Positions 19,275 to 29,518 of a stretch of DNA of 64,000 bases are shown here, piece by piece. A program made the translations under genes and the position numbers. The stretch comes from Candidatus Obscuribacteraceae bacterium (lineage in GTDB: Bacteria; Cyanobacteriota; Vampirovibrionia; Obscuribacterales; Obscuribacteraceae), in NCBI GenBank assembly GCA_044226015.1, contig JBGAHS010000006.1, positions 544,001 to 608,000 on the forward strand, written 5' to 3'. Position 1 is the stretch's first letter. Every line of letters begins with the position of its first letter. The notes beneath the pieces are model-generated. The model was not told the DNA's origin, searched no databases, and saw only the letters and a list, made by a program, of their open reading frames with translations.

Positions 19275-19808
19275 TCAACGACTGCGTATTTGCTTCGTTA
19301 ACCTGTCGAGTTGTCGTTTGCTGTCCCGCTTAACAAGGCTTTCTCGCTTGTCGTAAAGCTGTTTACCTCTTGCGAGAGCAATGTCTACTTTAACCCAATT
19401 CCTTTTGAAATACATACGAAGTGGGATTAAAGTAAGCCCTTTTTCTTTAATTCGCTGATTGAGTTTGAAGATTTCTCTTTTGTGTAGCAGCAAGCGTCGC
19501 TTGCGTGTTGGCTCGTGATTAAATCGATTACCAAATTCATACTGAGAGATATTGCAGTTATAGAGCCAGATTTCGCCAAATTCAATGCGAGCGAAACTAT
19601 CTTGCAAACTGCATTTGCCCGCGCGCAACGCTTTGACTTCTGTGCCAGTTAATTCAATTCCGCATTGAACTGATTCAAGAATTTCGAACTCATGTCGTGC
19701 TTTCCGATTATCGGAAATCATCTTCGTAGCTGGCTTCTCTTCTTCCTTGCTATTCGACTTATTCTTGGCGTTGGGATCTTTAGTTGTGACTGGCTTGCCT
19801 TTTGCCAT
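19275..19808 (-). CDS. smpB: SsrA-binding protein SmpB
   Basis: NRKARHEF, GIELTGTEVK, RKRRLLLHKREI, GKQLYDKR. Confidence 0.97.
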   Translation of the reverse strand: MAKGKPVTTKDPNAKNKSNSKEEEKPATKMISDNRKARHEFEILESVQCGIELTGTEVKALRAGKCSLQDSFARIEFGEIWLYNCNISQYEFGNRFNHEPTRKRRLLLHKREIFKLNQRIKEKGLTLIPLRMYFKRNWVKVDIALARGKQLYDKRESLVKRDSKRQLDRLTKQIRSR

Positions 19809-19945
19809 GCTTTTCCTTCAGCCGCTTACTAAATACGGCACCTTTCTTTGCATCCAATCGTCAGGAGCATCGCCTTCCGACACTGGGGAGAGACGATGTT
19901 ACAATATTAAAGGAATCTCGACTAGCTAAGATAACAATTCAAATA

Positions 19946-21040
19946 ATGATCAAGATTGGTCCGTTATTAGCAGGAGAATACAAACAAGCATCATTGCTGT
20001 TGCAATTGCAGCCTGAGCTTGTACATGATTCCGACAATGAAATCACCGATGGTGATTTATTGCTGCGCAGCTTCACGTTCTGGCAGCATTGGCTTCCTTG
20101 CAATCTACATATGGCAGCATCCACATATGTAGCAAGAGAGGACAAGCAATTATTGGGAATCATCTCCCTGGCACATATGAGCAAGTCTCGCTCTTGTTGG
20201 CAAGTAAATAAGCTAGTCGTTCATCCTGATCATCGAGGCAGAGGCATTGCCCAAGAGCTTCTCCGTTATGTCTTTGCGCAATTCGGAAGTCAGGGTGTAA
20301 TGCATTTTCTAGCCGAGGTTCCCGCAACAAACGCCGCAGCCCTGACGCTATTTGCTAATTGCGGTTTCTGTAGATCATCCAGAATTACATACTATAAGTT
20401 CAATCCCAGCGCAGAGAAATTGCAGGAGCTCAGAACCCAACATGTCGAGGGCATGCGCGTAGCACTTCCTCACGTGAAACCAGCTCTCTATCAACTGCAC
20501 TCCGAGGTTTTACCACCAGCCTTGAGACAAGTCTTACTCTTGAATGCCGACGATTTCCAAGTGAAGGATTGGATATCATTTACGTCAGTTGAAAAGTCAA
20601 AGCAGAAATTAATGCGAACCCGTGTCTGGTACTGGATTTCAGAAGATACCGAACGAATGGTACTGACCTCGTCAGCGCGTGTCACGGCAGATCCAAATTC
20701 TGGCTACAAGCTAGAGTTCGCAATCCATCCGGGTTGGAAACATCTAGAGGAAGAAGTCGTTAACTTCAGCCTGACAAAATTGTTGAATGAAGCACCCAAA
20801 GCGCCAATATGGGTGAAGGTTTACGACTTCCAGGGTGATTCCATCCACAGCATTTTGCAAGGATTAGGCTTCGAGAGAAGTGGAGAGGAGTTTGTTTTAC
20901 TCAGAGAACATTGGCAACGTTCGCGCAAAACAAAACTTGTTGAAATGCCACAACTTGGCAATCCCGTTATAAATTTGCCATTGGCAGCAGATCAAAAACG
21001 ATTGAGACGCTTGCGCCTGCAAGATCCAGAAGAGATTTAG
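19946..21040 (+). CDS. GNAT family acetyltransferase (two domains)
   Basis: VHPDHRGRGIA, NAAALTLF..CGF; ATG 19946 preferred. Confidence 0.8.
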   Translation: MIKIGPLLAGEYKQASLLLQLQPELVHDSDNEITDGDLLLRSFTFWQHWLPCNLHMAASTYVAREDKQLLGIISLAHMSKSRSCWQVNKLVVHPDHRGRGIAQELLRYVFAQFGSQGVMHFLAEVPATNAAALTLFANCGFCRSSRITYYKFNPSAEKLQELRTQHVEGMRVALPHVKPALYQLHSEVLPPALRQVLLLNADDFQVKDWISFTSVEKSKQKLMRTRVWYWISEDTERMVLTSSARVTADPNSGYKLEFAIHPGWKHLEEEVVNFSLTKLLNEAPKAPIWVKVYDFQGDSIHSILQGLGFERSGEEFVLLREHWQRSRKTKLVEMPQLGNPVINLPLAADQKRLRRLRLQDPEEI

Positions 21041-21148
21041 CGAGAAAAATCCAACCGTATTTGCGTGACAAATCAGTCCTGGATTAAGTCTCCTTTATCG
21101 AAAAACTCTAAAGAAAGTTGGAATTTCCCGTTACAAAAGGCAGAAAAG

Positions 21149-21178
21149 TTGACACAGCGCTTCTTTTGTCGGTACGAT
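21149..21178 (+). promoter_or_regulatory. sigma70 promoter of rpsL operon
   Basis: TTGACA-18nt-TACGAT. Confidence 0.7.
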
Positions 21179-21225
21179 ATCCTTCCGCTTTGTATTAGTC
21201 CCCCTCAGTCAGGAGACTGGTTTTT

Positions 21226-21639
21226 GTGCCTACGATAAATCAGTTGATTCGCAGTGAACGACGCCTCGCGACAGTGAAAACTAAGTCGCCAGCGCTCAAG
21301 GCATGCCCGCAAAGACGCGGCGTTTGCACACAGGTGAAGACAACTACCCCTAAAAAGCCGAATTCGGCATTGAGAAAAATTGCCCGTGTCAGATTGACAA
21401 ACGGCATTGAAATTACCGCATACATCCCAGGTGTCGGTCATAACTTGCAGGAGCACTCTGTTGTTCTTGTACGTGGTGGACGTGTGAAAGATCTTCCTGG
21501 AGTTCGTTACCACATCGTGCGCGGCGCTCTCGACACCGCTGGTGTTAAAGATCGCATGCAGAGCCGTTCCAAATACGGCGCCAAGCGTCCTAAACCCGGT
21601 GCTGCCGGTGCTAAAGGCGCTCCTGCTAAGAAGAAATAG
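21226..21639 (+). CDS. rpsL: 30S ribosomal protein S12
   Basis: [29 protein letters not shown]. Confidence 0.99.
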   Translation: MPTINQLIRSERRLATVKTKSPALKACPQRRGVCTQVKTTTPKKPNSALRKIARVRLTNGIEITAYIPGVGHNLQEHSVVLVRGGRVKDLPGVRYHIVRGALDTAGVKDRMQSRSKYGAKRPKPGAAGAKGAPAKKK

Positions 21640-21668
21640 TTAGATAGTTAACGTAAACAAGGCAAGTC

Positions 21669-22139
21669 ATGTCAAGAAGAACTGCAGCAGAAAAAAGAGT
21701 TCCCCCACCAGATGCGGTGCATAATAGCCAATTGGTTTCGCGCTTCGTCCATAAGATGATGGCGCGTGGAAAGAAGAGCACCGCTCAACGTTCTTTCTAC
21801 GATGCATTGGCGCTGGTCAAAGAACGCAGCAAGCAAGACCCGCTCGAGTTGTTCAACAAAGCAGTGAAGAATGTCACTCCGCTTGTTGAAGTTAAAGCTC
21901 GTCGCGTTGGTGGTTCTACCTACCAGGTTCCAGTTGAAGTAAAACAACAACGCGGTACCGCACTTGCTACCCAGTGGATCATCAATAACAGCCGCAAGCG
22001 CGCTGGACGTTCATTTGCAGAAAGACTCTGCGCTGAATTGATTGATGCTTCCAACGGTGCTGGCGCTTCAGTTAAGAAGCGTGATGAAACACACAAAATG
22101 GCTGAAGCCAACAAAGCTTTCGCTCATTACAGATACTAA
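21669..22139 (+). CDS. rpsG: 30S ribosomal protein S7
   Basis: [25 protein letters not shown]. Confidence 0.99.
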   Translation: MSRRTAAEKRVPPPDAVHNSQLVSRFVHKMMARGKKSTAQRSFYDALALVKERSKQDPLELFNKAVKNVTPLVEVKARRVGGSTYQVPVEVKQQRGTALATQWIINNSRKRAGRSFAERLCAELIDASNGAGASVKKRDETHKMAEANKAFAHYRY

Positions 22140-22167
22140 TAGAAAGCAATTTCCATTAGTGACTATC

Positions 22168-22197
22168 GGCGCGCAGTCTTGCGCGCCTTTTTCTTTT
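22168..22197 (+). terminator. Intrinsic terminator after rpsG
   Basis: GGCGCGCA-GTCT-TGCGCGCC-TTTTTCTTTT. Confidence 0.85.
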
Positions 22198-22552
22198 GCA
22201 TTAGATTTGCGTAGAACTTGCAGGAACCGCTGAATCTGCGCCTCAGACAGGAAGCAGGAAGAGAGTCAGAACGTGAATGAAGCCATCCGTGAAGAGAAGA
22301 GCTGGTTCGGTCAAACAGCAAGAGCTTCGTAAACGCAAAATCGGTGCGCATCTTCAATTGCTTCAAATGTTATCAAGCAAAATTAAGAGATAGCAAACTT
22401 TACAGCTGTGGCGCCAATCAGCCGTTCTAATAGAAAATGACTATGTGTAGTGGCAGCTCTCAAGTCTGCGCTCTGAAATTTGTTTTGCAAATCAGACAAC
22501 GACCAGCGCCGCGAAGTAATACGGAACAAATACAGATAAGGAACTCGAAACG

Positions 22553-24658
22553 GTGACTACGAACACACGTCATGCCCTAGGCGACTTAAGAAACATGGGT
22601 ATCGCAGCACACATCGATGCTGGCAAAACCACTACAACGGAAAGAATTTTGTTCTACTCCGGACTCATCCACCGCATCGGTGAAGTGCATGATGGCACCA
22701 CCGTTACTGACTGGATGGAGCAAGAGAAAGAGCGCGGTATCACGATTACAGCAGCTGCAATCACCAGCTTCTGGAAAGACAAGCGTATCAATTTGATCGA
22801 CACCCCTGGACACGTTGACTTCACCGTTGAAGTTGAACGTTCAATGCGCGTTCTCGATGGCGTTATCATCGTTCTTTGCGCAGTGGCTGGTGTTCAACCA
22901 CAAACCAATACAGTTTGGAAGCAAGCAAACCGCTACGAAGTTCCAAGAATGGTGTTCGTCAACAAGATGGACCGCTCTGGTGCTGACTACTACCGCGTTG
23001 TAAACCAAATCAAGAACCAGTTGCCAGGACAGCACAGCACCTGGACCAATGGTCATCCAATTCAGCTGCCAATCGGCGCTGAAGATCGCTTCATCGGTTA
23101 CGTAGATGTGCTCTCAGGCAAGGCTTATCACTTCGACGATACAGATAAGCTCGGACGCAACTTGATTGAAGTTCCAATTCCGGAAGATGTGCAAGAGTAC
23201 TATGACAAGTACTCACATGAGCTCACCGAAGCAATCGTTGAGACAGACGACGAGCTTATGAACAAGTACCTCGAAGAAAAGCCGATCACCCACGAAGAGA
23301 AGAAAATCGCTTTGAGAAAAGCGGTTTGCGACAACAAGATTGTTCCAATTCTCGTTGGCTCTGCATTCAAGAACAAGGGTGTTCAACCATTGCTCGACGC
23401 AATCGTTGATTACTTGCCTTCGCCTCTCGATGTAGTTGCAATCAAGGGCGTTCTTCCAGATGGACAAGAAGCTCAACGCAAGTGCGACGAAAACGAGCCA
23501 TTTGCAGCTCTGGCATTCAAGGTTATGACTGACCCATTCATCGGTAAGTTGACCTTCTTGCGCGTATACAGCGGAAAGCTAACGGCTGGTTCATACGTCG
23601 CCAACAGCACCAAGGGCAAGCGCGAACGTATCAGCCGTCTGATTCAGCTGCAAGCTGACCAGAGAAAAGACATCAGCGAAGCTTGCGCTGGAGACATTTG
23701 CGCAGCTGTCGGTTTGAAAGACACCACCACTGGTGACACGCTTTGCGAAGATGGCTCACCAATCATTCTCGAAGCAATGAAGTTTCCAGAGCCTGTTATC
23801 TCGGTTGCTATCGAACCGAAAACAAAAGCAGACTCCGACAAACTCGGCGTTTCACTCGGCAGATTGGCAGAAGAAGATCCGACCTTCCGCGTGCATGTTG
23901 ACCACGAAACAGGTCAAACAATCATCTCCGGTATGGGTGAACTTCACCTCGAAATCATCGTCGACCGCTTGTTGCGTGAATTCAAAGTCGAAGCTAACGT
24001 TGGTAAGCCACAGGTTGCTTACCGCGAAACCTTCAAACAGAAAGTCAAGCAAACCGGCAAGTTCATTCGTCAGTCAGGTGGTCGTGGTCAATACGGTCAC
24101 GTTGAAATCGAACTCGAACCACAAGAAGCTGGTAAGGGCTACGAATTCGTCAACAAGATCGTGGGCGGTGTAATTCCGAAGGAATACATCCCAGCTGTTG
24201 ACGCTGGTATCAAGGAAGCTGCTGAAGGCGGCGTTCTTGCAGGTTATCCGGTAATCGACTTCAAGGTCACATTGGTCTTCGGTTCGTACCACGATGTAGA
24301 CTCGTCAGAAATGGCGTTTAAGATCGCTGGTTCGATGGCGTTCAAGGAAGGCTTCATGAAGGCTAAACCAATCCTTCTCGAGCCAGTTATGAAAGTCGAA
24401 GTTGAAGTACCAGAAGACTTCATGGGCGACGTAATCGGTGATATCTCCAGCCGTCGTGGACGCGTTGAAGGTATGGATACATTGGACAAACTCTCGAAAG
24501 TAAAAGCGCAAGTTCCACTTTCAGAAATGTTCGGATACGCAACCGACATCCGTAACCGTACACGCGGTCAAGGAACATTCGTAATGGAATTCGACCACTA
24601 CGAAGAAGTTCCATCCAACATCGCTGAAGAAGTAGTTGCTGGACGCAAGAAAGGCTAA
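22553..24658 (+). CDS. fusA: Elongation factor G
   Basis: [39 protein letters not shown]. Confidence 0.99.
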   Translation: MTTNTRHALGDLRNMGIAAHIDAGKTTTTERILFYSGLIHRIGEVHDGTTVTDWMEQEKERGITITAAAITSFWKDKRINLIDTPGHVDFTVEVERSMRVLDGVIIVLCAVAGVQPQTNTVWKQANRYEVPRMVFVNKMDRSGADYYRVVNQIKNQLPGQHSTWTNGHPIQLPIGAEDRFIGYVDVLSGKAYHFDDTDKLGRNLIEVPIPEDVQEYYDKYSHELTEAIVETDDELMNKYLEEKPITHEEKKIALRKAVCDNKIVPILVGSAFKNKGVQPLLDAIVDYLPSPLDVVAIKGVLPDGQEAQRKCDENEPFAALAFKVMTDPFIGKLTFLRVYSGKLTAGSYVANSTKGKRERISRLIQLQADQRKDISEACAGDICAAVGLKDTTTGDTLCEDGSPIILEAMKFPEPVISVAIEPKTKADSDKLGVSLGRLAEEDPTFRVHVDHETGQTIISGMGELHLEIIVDRLLREFKVEANVGKPQVAYRETFKQKVKQTGKFIRQSGGRGQYGHVEIELEPQEAGKGYEFVNKIVGGVIPKEYIPAVDAGIKEAAEGGVLAGYPVIDFKVTLVFGSYHDVDSSEMAFKIAGSMAFKEGFMKAKPILLEPVMKVEVEVPEDFMGDVIGDISSRRGRVEGMDTLDKLSKVKAQVPLSEMFGYATDIRNRTRGQGTFVMEFDHYEEVPSNIAEEVVAGRKKG

Positions 24659-24681
24659 GCTCATTAGCTCGATAAACAAGT

Positions 24682-24723
24682 AAAAAAAGAATCCCGGACT
24701 GAAAGGTTCGGGATTCTTTTTTT
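24682..24723. terminator. Bidirectional terminator after fusA
   Basis: A-run-GAATCCCGGACT-GAA-AGGTTCGGGATTC-T-run. Confidence 0.85.
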
Positions 24724-24753
24724 AGCTTTCTTTGATTTGATTCTGCTTCAGCT

Positions 24754-25203
24754 CTACTGAGCTTCAACGGCTTCTGGAGCGTCATCTGGCGCATCATCAA
24801 CAGGCTCTTCATTTCGAGTCATTGCCCAGAGTTGGCGAGTAACTTCCCAGACAGTTTCGTTTTTCCAATTCGAAAGCACACACTTTATCGTGAAGCAGCC
24901 TTCGACATAGATAAGAATCTCTGCTGGAAAAATAGCATGTCCCTTTAGTAAGTGGTCAGGGTCATTTGCTGGAAAGTCGTGTTCATAAACGATTCTTCCA
25001 TTGGGATCTTCAATTTCGATGTGACCGCGATATTGCCGGCGCTCATAGGGTGTTCCAAATCCTATTGCAATGACACAATTCAAAGTTTGTGGGAATGCGT
25101 CAACCACAAATAAATCGAACAAACCATGCACATTGATTCGTCCATCTTCTGCATGGTCAGCGCGATCACACAATAGTATGTAACCGCTATGCAGATACTT
25201 CAT
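24754..25203 (-). CDS. Hypothetical beta-sandwich protein (DUF6941-like)
   Basis: ILLCD.A..DGRINVHGLFD N-terminal motif; GAGG RBS. Confidence 0.65.
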   Translation of the reverse strand: MKYLHSGYILLCDRADHAEDGRINVHGLFDLFVVDAFPQTLNCVIAIGFGTPYERRQYRGHIEIEDPNGRIVYEHDFPANDPDHLLKGHAIFPAEILIYVEGCFTIKCVLSNWKNETVWEVTRQLWAMTRNEEPVDDAPDDAPEAVEAQ

Positions 25204-25309
25204 TCAATAACCTCACTTTCCTCTTGCTAATGGGTTCAGGATACTTATTTTTAGTCCCAATAGACTCTCTGACTAAACGCCTTGTGTAGATGGAATTGCT
25301 CTTATAATC

Positions 25310-25440
25310 AAGCTCGGCAGAAACTGAATGCTTGTTTTGACTGCGCTGAAGCGATAACAATTCTCACGGTTTTGATAGTACCGTAAAAGCTAGCCAAAGC
25401 CAAAGCAACGTCTGATAGCCTTTAACGGGCTATTTTGTTT
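25310..25440 (+). ncRNA. Candidate sRNA
   Basis: TATAAT 25303-08, two hairpins and a + strand terminator, lying between two minus-strand genes. Confidence 0.4.
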
Positions 25441-25459
25441 GCCACTGATTGCTCAGATT

Positions 25460-26080
25460 CTAAGCGTGGCGACGTTCCATCATTTGACTAACTTTGAAAC
25501 GAAATACTTGTTCTTCGGCACTAATAGAATTTGCAAGACTCGGATTTTTCCGAAGTTGCGCTTCTCTAGAGGGATCTGCAGAGTGCAGTGGGAACGTAAT
25601 GTATTTCTCGTTAACATCTGAATGCAACGGCGGATAAAAGGCGTAGAGGGTTTCTCCCTTCATGTTTCCTTTTGCATCAGGCAAAAATGATTGAACAGGA
25701 AACGCAATGCGATGCGACATTTCATTGCTGATTTCACCCATCACATCCTGCAAAACTCCAACTGCTTTTTCGAAGTAGCCACCGGCTGAAGTTCCATTAC
25801 GCATCTGCTTATCATAGAAATCTCTGATGGATGGTGCCATCTTTCCCCAGAGCTGTACACCTTCGTGAATGCCCTTTCTGACAGCGTCTTGAACATCATT
25901 ACCAAGGATGGCAAAGTCTTTAGCTACAACAACTGGCTTATCTGGAGACAACGCTTGTAGCTTCGCCTCAAGTCTATTATCACCGGCATTAGCAGGTCGC
26001 AACTCGCGCTCTGCATGAAACGGGGTTTCCGCGGGCGCTTCGGAACGCGCAGGTACTTTATCGTTAAACTGATCACTCAT
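25460..26080 (-). CDS. Hypothetical protein
   Basis: 206-aa ATG ORF with no recognisable motif. Confidence 0.65.
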   Translation of the reverse strand: MSDQFNDKVPARSEAPAETPFHAERELRPANAGDNRLEAKLQALSPDKPVVVAKDFAILGNDVQDAVRKGIHEGVQLWGKMAPSIRDFYDKQMRNGTSAGGYFEKAVGVLQDVMGEISNEMSHRIAFPVQSFLPDAKGNMKGETLYAFYPPLHSDVNEKYITFPLHSADPSREAQLRKNPSLANSISAEEQVFRFKVSQMMERRHA

Positions 26081-26251
26081 GGTTTTAAACCCTAGACAAA
26101 TGCCGTGCCATAATCTGCATTGACAAGTATACCCGGCAGATAAAGTTATTAATCCCGAGAGCTGTCTTATTCAGGCAGGTTAATCAAGCTTAAGCCTGTC
26201 CTGGTGAGTTTTTCGGGCATCAACTAGATTTCGAGGCATCAAGCAGACAAA

Positions 26252-27151
26252 GTGCTAGACATACAAAAGCTATCAATTAGGCTGACAATAAGCTCTGTTT
26301 TATCTTTTATTCTGGGACAAGCAGACTCAGCTGAATTTTGGGACAAGCCGATTCCTTCTAACAGCCCTGAGAAAAGCGCTGCCACCTATCATGAGGTTCC
26401 CATAGACTTTAATGATTCAAGGAACAAAGAAGCTCTTCTTCCTCTAAAAAGGTTCGCAGTGGATGGGGAAGCATTTTACTCCGTTAAAGACGGCAGCAAC
26501 TTTCCATATAACGAATGTATTTGTGCGGGCAAACGCAGTTTATCATCGCGTAAAAGCGTGGCCGAGAAATTGAAAGCAGTGAACAAAGAACTGGCCAGGC
26601 AAAATTTAGAGCTGCACGTGTTTGATGCCTATAGATCAGTCGAGTGTCAAACTGCACTCTGGAAGCACTTCATGAAGCAGGCAAAGAAAGCACTCGGTGC
26701 AGATGCAAGCAACGATGCGCTGGTCAAGTACGCCAGCAACTATTGCTCAAACCCAACCTTTTTCAAGAAAGATGATTGGCATACATGGCCGACACATTCA
26801 ACAGGAGGCGCTGTAGACCTCACTCTCAAACGAAAAGGTAGCTCTGAACTGCTTTTTATGGGTGGAGTTTTTGATGATGATTCCATAGTCAGCAAATCGA
26901 ATTTCTATGAATCAACTGAGAGCACAGACTCAACCGTTCCGCAAGCGAATGCCGCTGTCATCACGGTTCCTCGAAGCAGCATCTCCGCAGAAGAAGCTCA
27001 ACGTAATAGAAGGATTCTCTACTGGACCATGCTGAAGCACGGCTTTTCAAACTACCACAATGAGTGGTGGCATTTTGATTATGGCAATCAAATGTGGGTG
27101 CAATCAAGCCGTGAGAAAACCAAGCCTAAAGCTTTTTACGGAACCATTTAG
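26252..27151 (+). CDS. D-Ala-D-Ala dipeptidase (VanX/DdpX, M15)
   Basis: FDAYRS, HSTGGAVDLTL, EWWHF; signal-like N-terminus. Confidence 0.88.
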   Translation: MLDIQKLSIRLTISSVLSFILGQADSAEFWDKPIPSNSPEKSAATYHEVPIDFNDSRNKEALLPLKRFAVDGEAFYSVKDGSNFPYNECICAGKRSLSSRKSVAEKLKAVNKELARQNLELHVFDAYRSVECQTALWKHFMKQAKKALGADASNDALVKYASNYCSNPTFFKKDDWHTWPTHSTGGAVDLTLKRKGSSELLFMGGVFDDDSIVSKSNFYESTESTDSTVPQANAAVITVPRSSISAEEAQRNRRILYWTMLKHGFSNYHNEWWHFDYGNQMWVQSSREKTKPKAFYGTI

Positions 27152-28347
27152 GCTCGGCGACGCGTTGAAGCTGTCCAACCAAGCTCTTTCAAGGCTTCGT
27201 CCATGCTCACGTTATTGCGCTTACATTGATGGAGAGCCATGATGGCATCTTCCTGAATCAGGTATTTTTTCTCGATGAGATAGACAGCACGCAATAGTGC
27301 ATACAACATAGACTCGCTTACAATGCCCGATAACAACAGTTCTTTCTCAATATCAACTGAGGCACCAGAGCCAGGTCCTAGAATGGTCTCGAGGTCTTTG
27401 GGGTCGGCAAGTCCTGACAGAGTCAGAAGTTCTTGCATCAGTGCCCTCTGGTCCTTTTCAATTCGTGGAACACCAACCTGAGCAATCGCTTTAACAGCTG
27501 AACATCCTTCCGAGAATATTTGCCTTAGCGCCTGTGAGGCGAGCTGATTAGTCAAAGTGCCATTGTCGACCATTTCTTGAACTCTAATGGCTGCCTTGAG
27601 TAGTGAACGAGAGAGGAATTTTTCCTCGATGAAAACTTCACCAATAGGGCGTTCATTTGTAAGTGCGAGTTCCATACAAGTCATCAACTGTGACTGGTCT
27701 AGCAAACCAGCTTCAACAAGAATGTAGCCTAAAGGGGTGGTTCTTCTTGCAGGTGGTCTGTAGAATCCACTCTGGGCCAATGATTCTTCAAATCCAATTT
27801 GTCTCTGCCTCACAGCCTTGAGACCCTGCACAGCCTGGTCTCGATTGATAACACCCTCACGAATAAGCTTCTGAGCGGTTAAACAAGCAAGCAAAACCTC
27901 ATTGGCAATGTATTTGCGGAACACCAACACGCGTCCTACCGGAAGTCCGGTTTCAGTGCTTGTCTTAAGCGCTTCATCTAATTGCTCCCAGGTGACAGCC
28001 TCTGCTTCAACCAACAATTCGCCAAGCCTGTTTGTAGCTCCGGTCTTTTGCTTTTTCCATCCAAGCTGGCCCAGTGCCTCTGGCAACTTCATTTCGTTCT
28101 TCGCCACAAGAGTCAGCGCATTTGCCGCTAATTCAAGGCTCAGCATGCCATCGTTTATGAGTGACTGCGCTTCGACTGCGGCTTTAAGCTCTCGTTGCTT
28201 AATATATCCCAGCATCACGAGAACTTTTCCTAACGGCAAAGAGCGCTCTCTGGCTTTCTCCAGCGCGTCATTTAAGGTTTCCAGAGTCAATATGCCCGCT
28301 CTCGTGAGTAGCTCCCCGATTGGGATAAGCGCCGCATCTTGAATCAT
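27148..28347 (-). CDS. Multi-MshEN-repeat protein with no ATPase domain
   Basis: Three (R/P)(L/I)GxxLxxxGxxxxxxLxxxL tandem-motif units plus a degenerate fourth. Confidence 0.75.
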   Translation of the reverse strand: MIQDAALIPIGELLTRAGILTLETLNDALEKARERSLPLGKVLVMLGYIKQRELKAAVEAQSLINDGMLSLELAANALTLVAKNEMKLPEALGQLGWKKQKTGATNRLGELLVEAEAVTWEQLDEALKTSTETGLPVGRVLVFRKYIANEVLLACLTAQKLIREGVINRDQAVQGLKAVRQRQIGFEESLAQSGFYRPPARRTTPLGYILVEAGLLDQSQLMTCMELALTNERPIGEVFIEEKFLSRSLLKAAIRVQEMVDNGTLTNQLASQALRQIFSEGCSAVKAIAQVGVPRIEKDQRALMQELLTLSGLADPKDLETILGPGSGASVDIEKELLLSGIVSESMLYALLRAVYLIEKKYLIQEDAIMALHQCKRNNVSMDEALKELGWTASTRRRA

Positions 28348-28445
28348 TACTCTTCCGCCTTTCCTGCTTTTTGCCTTGCAGTCGTGTATCTTAGTCTCTC
28401 TAGAAATTGTCTTTCCACATATTCAAGCAAATAACTCATCATTCT

Positions 28446-28991
28446 ATGCAAAAAACAATAGTCATTACAGGAGCAGGTAGAGACAGAGTCGGCATCGTCG
28501 CTGACCTGACCAATTTTCTTTACAAGCTCGGTTGCAACCTTTTGGACTCCAGCATGACGTTGCTAAGAGGAGAATTCGCTCTGATTTTAATGACGACTCT
28601 TCCTGATGGCATGACAGTAGCAGACATTCAGGGAAGACTTTCCGAACTCCAACAGAAACTCTCCTTGAGTTTTTCGGTGCGTGAACTTTCTCCTGAAGAA
28701 ATCGCCGAGCAAGAGGATGAACATTTTCACTACATCATTTCTGTTTATGGTGCTGACAAGCCTGGTATCGTAGCTGGTATCACAAATGAATTGGCAGAAC
28801 TTGGACTCAATATTACTGACGTTCAAACAAAATCAGTACGGCAGACGGCTGGAGAAATCTACGTCATGATGCTTGAGTTGAGTTCAAAAACAGAAATAGA
28901 CTCAGATGAGTTGCAGGAAAAGCTAGGTTCTTTTGCAAAAGCGCTTGGAGTCGATGTAAGCGTGCGAGAAATCGAGATTATGGAGCTGTAA
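28446..28991 (+). CDS. Tandem ACT-domain protein (GcvR-like)
   Basis: GRDRVGIV and GADKPGIV ACT motifs. Confidence 0.85.
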   Translation: MQKTIVITGAGRDRVGIVADLTNFLYKLGCNLLDSSMTLLRGEFALILMTTLPDGMTVADIQGRLSELQQKLSLSFSVRELSPEEIAEQEDEHFHYIISVYGADKPGIVAGITNELAELGLNITDVQTKSVRQTAGEIYVMMLELSSKTEIDSDELQEKLGSFAKALGVDVSVREIEIMEL

Positions 28992-28992
28992 G

Positions 28993-29493
28993 ATGGCGCT
29001 CAGGGAGATTCTTACTTATCCAAATCCTATACTCAAACAAGTATCAGAAGCCGTTTCTCAAATCGATGAGAGTCTGGGCAACGATCTAAAAGACCTGGAA
29101 GAGACGCTTGATGCCTCGCCTGGCTGCGTCGGTATTGCGGCCCCGCAGATAGGTGTTATGTTTCGTGTCGTGATAATCGACGCATCTAGAAATAGAAAGC
29201 CAGTCGCAAACCATGGCAGACTCTGGCTTATCAACCCGAAAATCACAAAAACTGAAGGTGCCGTAACTGGAAGGGAAGGCTGTCTAAGCTTGCCACATCT
29301 TACTGCTAATGTAAGCAGAGCCGAAAAAATCACGGTGGAATTTACCAACAAAGAAGGACAAGAGCAAACCATTGAGACAAGTGACTTTGAAGCAAGAGTA
29401 ATTCAGCACGAGATGGATCATCTCGACGGACTACTTTTTCTCGATCGAGTCAGCTCACTTAAAACAGATGTCTTCAGACGAAAGCGCTACTAA
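28993..29493 (+). CDS. def: Peptide deformylase
   Basis: VGIAAPQIG, EGCLS, QHEMDHLDG. Confidence 0.96.
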   Translation: MALREILTYPNPILKQVSEAVSQIDESLGNDLKDLEETLDASPGCVGIAAPQIGVMFRVVIIDASRNRKPVANHGRLWLINPKITKTEGAVTGREGCLSLPHLTANVSRAEKITVEFTNKEGQEQTIETSDFEARVIQHEMDHLDGLLFLDRVSSLKTDVFRRKRY

Positions 29494-29518
29494 CTGATAA
29501 AACTCGGAAGGAAACTAA

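Noticed and set aside
22226..22336. c-di-AMP (ydaO) riboswitch or SRP RNA
   Set aside because: CGCTGAATC and GGAAGCAG give partial resemblance, but the GGGGGACCCA/TGGGG core and the CAGG-3bp-GNRA SRP helix are absent
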